From Macrostomum hystrix (lineage: Eukaryota > Animalia > Platyhelminthes): 64,000 bases of DNA. The stretch spans positions 1 to 64,000 of the forward strand of contig CATNEN010000012.1 in the NCBI GenBank assembly GCA_950097015.1, written 5' to 3'. The translations under genes and the position numbers were made by a program. The notes beneath the pieces were generated by a model. It did not search any database, was not told the DNA's origin, and worked only from the letters and a program-made list of their open reading frames with translations. Position 1 is the stretch's first letter. Each line of letters begins with the position of its first letter. Shown here piece by piece: positions 59,896 to 64,000 of the stretch.

Positions 59896-60984
59896 GTGAT
59901 TCTGTGCAGTGCTGGCGTGGTTTTTTCACTGCTGATAGCAGTGAAAAAAGTTTCAGCCTAGATGCGGGGCAGATGCGTGCTTCAATTTGATAATTGCGAT
60001 AGCAGCTAGCAGGAGATGGGCAGCCCTGTTTAACTGGGAAAAGTGGAAATGCGCACAATTTCAGGTTCAACGATGCGGTAGATTAGCTGGAAATCCTTCA
60101 AGGCCTATGATTTTTTGACATTTCAGAGGGTCTACGCTCGTACCTAACCATGGTTTGCATCGCTGCCTGCGTAGAAGTCCGACCTTGACCGACTTAACAA
60201 CTGGGCAAAAGGCGCATTTTCAGTTTCATACCTTGCGGCTCTATTTACCTATTTTTTTCAGACAAGAATAAGCTGACAGCTGACCTACTCGACATTCTAA
60301 CAACTGCGAGACACTAGCTCGTACACTGTCTTTTCTAGACGGCAGCTAGACCTGGAGGTTTGCACCCTAGCAGAATGGCGCAGCCAAGGCTTCATTAACT
60401 TGCGACCAGCTAAAAACACATTTAGAGCCGCTGAGCTTATCGACTGGATTTGCTATATCGCCAGGCTTGGAGACGATATGGGAGATTTCGTCTGCGGCCC
60501 AGTAAATCACTCAGCTCGCTACCCTGCTAGATGTAAGTGCTCGTAAATGCTTGCTCCTGGATATTCTGCACCAGCCATCGCACTCCACCCAGCTGTAGTG
60601 AGAGCGAGAGAAGTACTACAGTCCAGGGTAGGACAGAGATTTGCGATTTATTGCTCGAAGCCTATAATAATAAATCCCACAGCGAGCTGCGCAAGAGAAG
60701 AAAAGAGAGAGGGGAATTATCGGGCGGGTGTCGCTGGTGTTTTAACAGGGAGCCGGCTAACCACTAATCCCAGCTTGCTCAACTGCTAATCTTAATCGAT
60801 GCTAGCGCTGAGGGGTGCGGATATACATTTATCTGACACCTCGGCACCACCAACGACCACGCCGATCAGGCATCTCCTCACACACAACCTACCGACAACT
60901 CCATCTTATCCTCTGCTACCACTTATCACATCTCTTCCTGTCACATCTCTTCCTGTCTTCATCCTTCCCTAGATTTTTCTAGGC

Positions 60985-62040
60985 AAGCCTCTTTCTACCC
61001 TCACCAATCTTCCCTCCTCCTCTTTCTACCCTGACCAATCTTCCCTCCTCCTCTTTCTACCCTGACCAATCTTCCCTCCTCCTCTTTCTACCCTGACCAA
61101 TCTTCCCTCCTCCTCTTTCTACCCTGACCAATCTTTCCTCCTCCTCTTTCTACCCTGACCAATCTTCCCTCCTCCTCTTTCTACCCTGACCAATCTTCCC
61201 TCCTCCTCTTTCTACCCTGACCAATCTTCCCTCCTCCTCTTTCTACCCTGACCAATCTTTCCCCCTCCTCTTTCTACCCTCACCAATCTTCCCTCCTCCT
61301 CTTTCTACCCTGACCAATCGATAAGTGCAAAAATGACGATAAAAAATTCTGATTACAATCGAAAAACTGTCTCTGGTGTGGGACTGTCTGGTGTGGAACT
61401 GTCTGGTGTGGGACTGTCTGGTGTGGGACTGTCTGGTGTGGGACTGTCTGGTGTGGGACTGTCTCTTTCTACCCTGACCAATCTTCCCTCCTCCTCTTTC
61501 TACCCTGACCAATCTTCCCTCCTCCTCTTTCTACCCTGACCAATCTTTCCTCCTCCTCTTTCTACCCTGACCAATATTCCCTCCTCCTCTTTCTACCCTG
61601 ACCAATCTTCCCTCCTCCTCTTTCTACCCTGACCAATCTTCCCTCCTCCTCTTTCTACCCTGACCAATCTTTCCTCCTCCTCTTTCTACCCTGACCAATC
61701 TTCCCTCCTCCTCTTTCTACCCTGACCAATCTTTCCCCCTCCTCTTTCTACCCTCACCAATCTTCCCTCCTCCTCTTTCTACCCTGACCAATCGATAAGT
61801 GCAAAAATGACGATAAAAAATTCTGATTACAATCGAAAAACTGTCTCTGGTGTGGGACTGTCTGGTGTGGAACTGTCTGGTGTGGGACTGTCTGGTGTGG
61901 GACTGTCTGGTGTGGAACTGTCTGGTGTGGGACTGTCTGGTGTGGGACTGTCTGGTGTGGGACTGTCTGGTGTGGGACTGTCTGGTGTGGGACTGTCTGG
62001 TGTGGGACTGTCTGGTGTGGGACTGTCTGGTGTGGGACAC
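60985..62040. repeat. Composite array: (31-bp CTTTCTACCCTGACCAATCTTCCCTCCTCCT)n, then a 52-bp spacer, then (15-bp TCTGGTGTGGGACTG)n, duplicated with a 474-bp offset
   Basis: Spacer CGATAAGTGCAAAAATGACG... at 61319 and 61793; 15-mer runs at 61371-61465 and 61845-62040. Confidence 0.93.
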
Positions 62041-62049
62041 TCCCTTGTG

Positions 62050-62300
62050 TGTCACTGAGTGAGTGTCCTGAGTCCACTGAGTGAGTGTCCTGAGTCCACT
62101 GAGTGAGTGTCCTGAGTCCACTGAGTGAGTGTCCTGAGTCCACTGAGTGAGTGGCCTGAGTCCACTGAGTGAGTGGCCTGAGTCCACTGAGTGAGTGGCC
62201 TGAGTCCACTGAGTGAGTGTCCTGAGTCCACTGAGTGAGTGTCCTGAGTCCACTAAGTGAGTGTCCTGAGTCCACTGAGTGAGTGTCCTGAGTCCACTGT
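62050..62300. repeat. 22-bp minisatellite (CACTGAGTGAGTGTCCTGAGTC)n, about 11 units
   Basis: Direct periodicity. Confidence 0.95.
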
Positions 62301-62949
62301 TCTCATTAAACCTTCCCAGACGATCTCACAGTGGCGCTGCAATTTTGTTTTCTTAGTCGCCTCGGTTGGCTGCCTGCAATGCGAAAAGTCCCCGTGACAG
62401 CGGACTCCAGGGTCAGGCGCAGGCGTTGTCAGAGTCGACACTCTGTGGTGTGAGCAACCCGTGGGATATTTCGTAATCCCCCATAGGGTTTTTCGGATAC
62501 CCCCAGCCCCACCACATCTCGGGATTAACTCGCAGTCAGTCAGGCAGGAATTGAAGCAGCCGGGATTCTTCGACTTGCTCGGCTTTTGGTCCTACTCGCT
62601 CATTAAAATATTCATCAGCGATTCTCCCACAGGATTCTCCCAGAACTCTCTGCTCCCTCGCACTCGCATTCCCTTTGGCCCATCAAAGCCTGCCGAGGCC
62701 TCCGCTCTGGTCGCTTCGTCAAGCTTTGATTTTCTGCCGGGGCGCGTCGAGCTCTGGAGACGCCTTGTCAGTTCCATTAGCGGCTGCCGCGGCCGGCTGG
62801 GAGGGGCTCTCACTCTAACCCTGGCCATCAGAGAGCAGAGAGCAGCGCTAGCTAGTAGGGAGTGATGACCCAGACTGCAGTATTCGTTAAGTCATTCGAG
62901 ATGCAATGACCCAGCCAATATGACCATCTGATATTGATTGCGATGTTCT

Positions 62950-63470
62950 TAAATATCATCAGATCGTATGAGCCTTCAATTGCCCAGTTTCTAGGACATC
63001 ATCAGATCGTATGAGCCTTAAATGACTCTCTTTCTAGGAAACCATAAGATCGTATGAGCTTTCAATTACCCCGTTTCTTGGAAATTATCAGATCCTATGA
63101 GTCTTTTATGATTCGGTTTCTTGGAAATCATCAGATCGTATGAGCCTTCAATTACCCCGTTTCTAGGAAACCATAAAATCATATGAGCCTTCCATTAAAC
63201 AGTTTCTTGGAAATCATCAGATCGTATAAGCCTTAAATGACTCTGTTTCTAGGAAATTATCAGGTAGTATGAGTCTTTAGTTACCCAGTTTCTAGGAAAT
63301 CATCAGATCGTATGAGCCTTCAATTAACCAGTTTCTAGGAAATCATCAGATCGTATGAGCCTTCAATTAACCAGTTTCTAGGAAATCGTAAGATCGTATG
63401 AGCCTTCAATTGACCCGTTTCTAGGAAATCATCAGATCGTATGAGCCTTCAATTACCCAGTTTCTAGGAT
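62950..63470. repeat. Degenerate 43-bp minisatellite (ATCAGATCGTATGAGCCTTCAATTACCCAGTTTCTAGGAAATC)n, about 12 units
   Basis: Recurrent CAGATCGTATGAGCCTT and TTTCTAGGAAA blocks. Confidence 0.9.
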
Positions 63471-64000
63471 ATAATTAGGTACTTTGTGACTGAATACAAT
63501 AGCGTGTCTATACATAGATTATAACAGTTGCCATGCCAGTTGAGTACACTGGGCAATGCTTGAGGCGCGAAAGTTAGCGCGAACCTAGGTCCTTACTCTC
63601 TAGACGAGTTTCCATAATACCCACGACCTCAATTTTGCACACTTTCGCCGCGTGCGCCTAATCGAGTTTTTGCTTAGTTTAGTAAGTAGCAATGTCATCA
63701 TCGACTCCTTCCCTCACTCTCTTTCTACCCTGCTTTACTTTTCTTCCATTACTTTCAAGGCACCACCAACCCCACAGCTATCGGCCCTTAGCTTGGCATG
63801 GTTGAAATCAGGCAGCGATGTATCTGCTGAAGATGCTGGGCCAAGGCAAGGGGCAGGAGTGGCTTCAGAACTGACTAGAAATAATTGCCTATGACTCCCC
63901 TGCCTTACAATCCGGCGCCTTCGAGGACGTGCTCAAAGTCATTTGCACTCAGGGCGCGGGTTTCAATCTAATTGTTGGTCTGGCTAATCTTGTATGAAAG

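Noticed and set aside
59145-62441. ORFs SVTVFSASVG, NTVTLPTDAL, HTRQS, SGVGL, DSGHSLSGLR
   Set aside because: All derive from the 30-, 15- and 22-bp arrays. The same applies to the ORFs at 16286-16849, 20809-21527 and 54216-55203.

Overview
Eukaryotic (metazoan) genomic DNA with GC-rich exons, AT-rich spacers and roughly a quarter of the window in minisatellites. This style suggests a free-living flatworm such as Macrostomum, but that is inference only. Six spliced genes could be rebuilt by hand from GT-AG junctions with consistent phases: coronin (+, apparent frameshift in exon 2), ARMC2 (-), a 20-exon anoctamin/TMEM16 (-), an EMSY-like ENT-domain gene with a degenerate C-terminal bromodomain-like fold (+), CCDC142 (-) and STARD3/MLN64 (+). 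There is also an orphan single-exon ORF with an HR1-like coiled coil (-). Non-coding content includes two tRNA-derived SINE families (one CORE-like), MITE-like elements and about 18 distinct tandem arrays, many with palindromic cores or higher-order structure. No CRISPR, rRNA or intact tRNA was found. Best leads: complementary intronic satellites bracketing an in-frame exon block of STARD3, the ENT plus pseudo-bromodomain protein, the stand-alone HR1-like ORF and a dense TAGGCCTA cluster. Family assignments rest on remembered homologue sequences, not database searches, and repeat boundaries are approximate.
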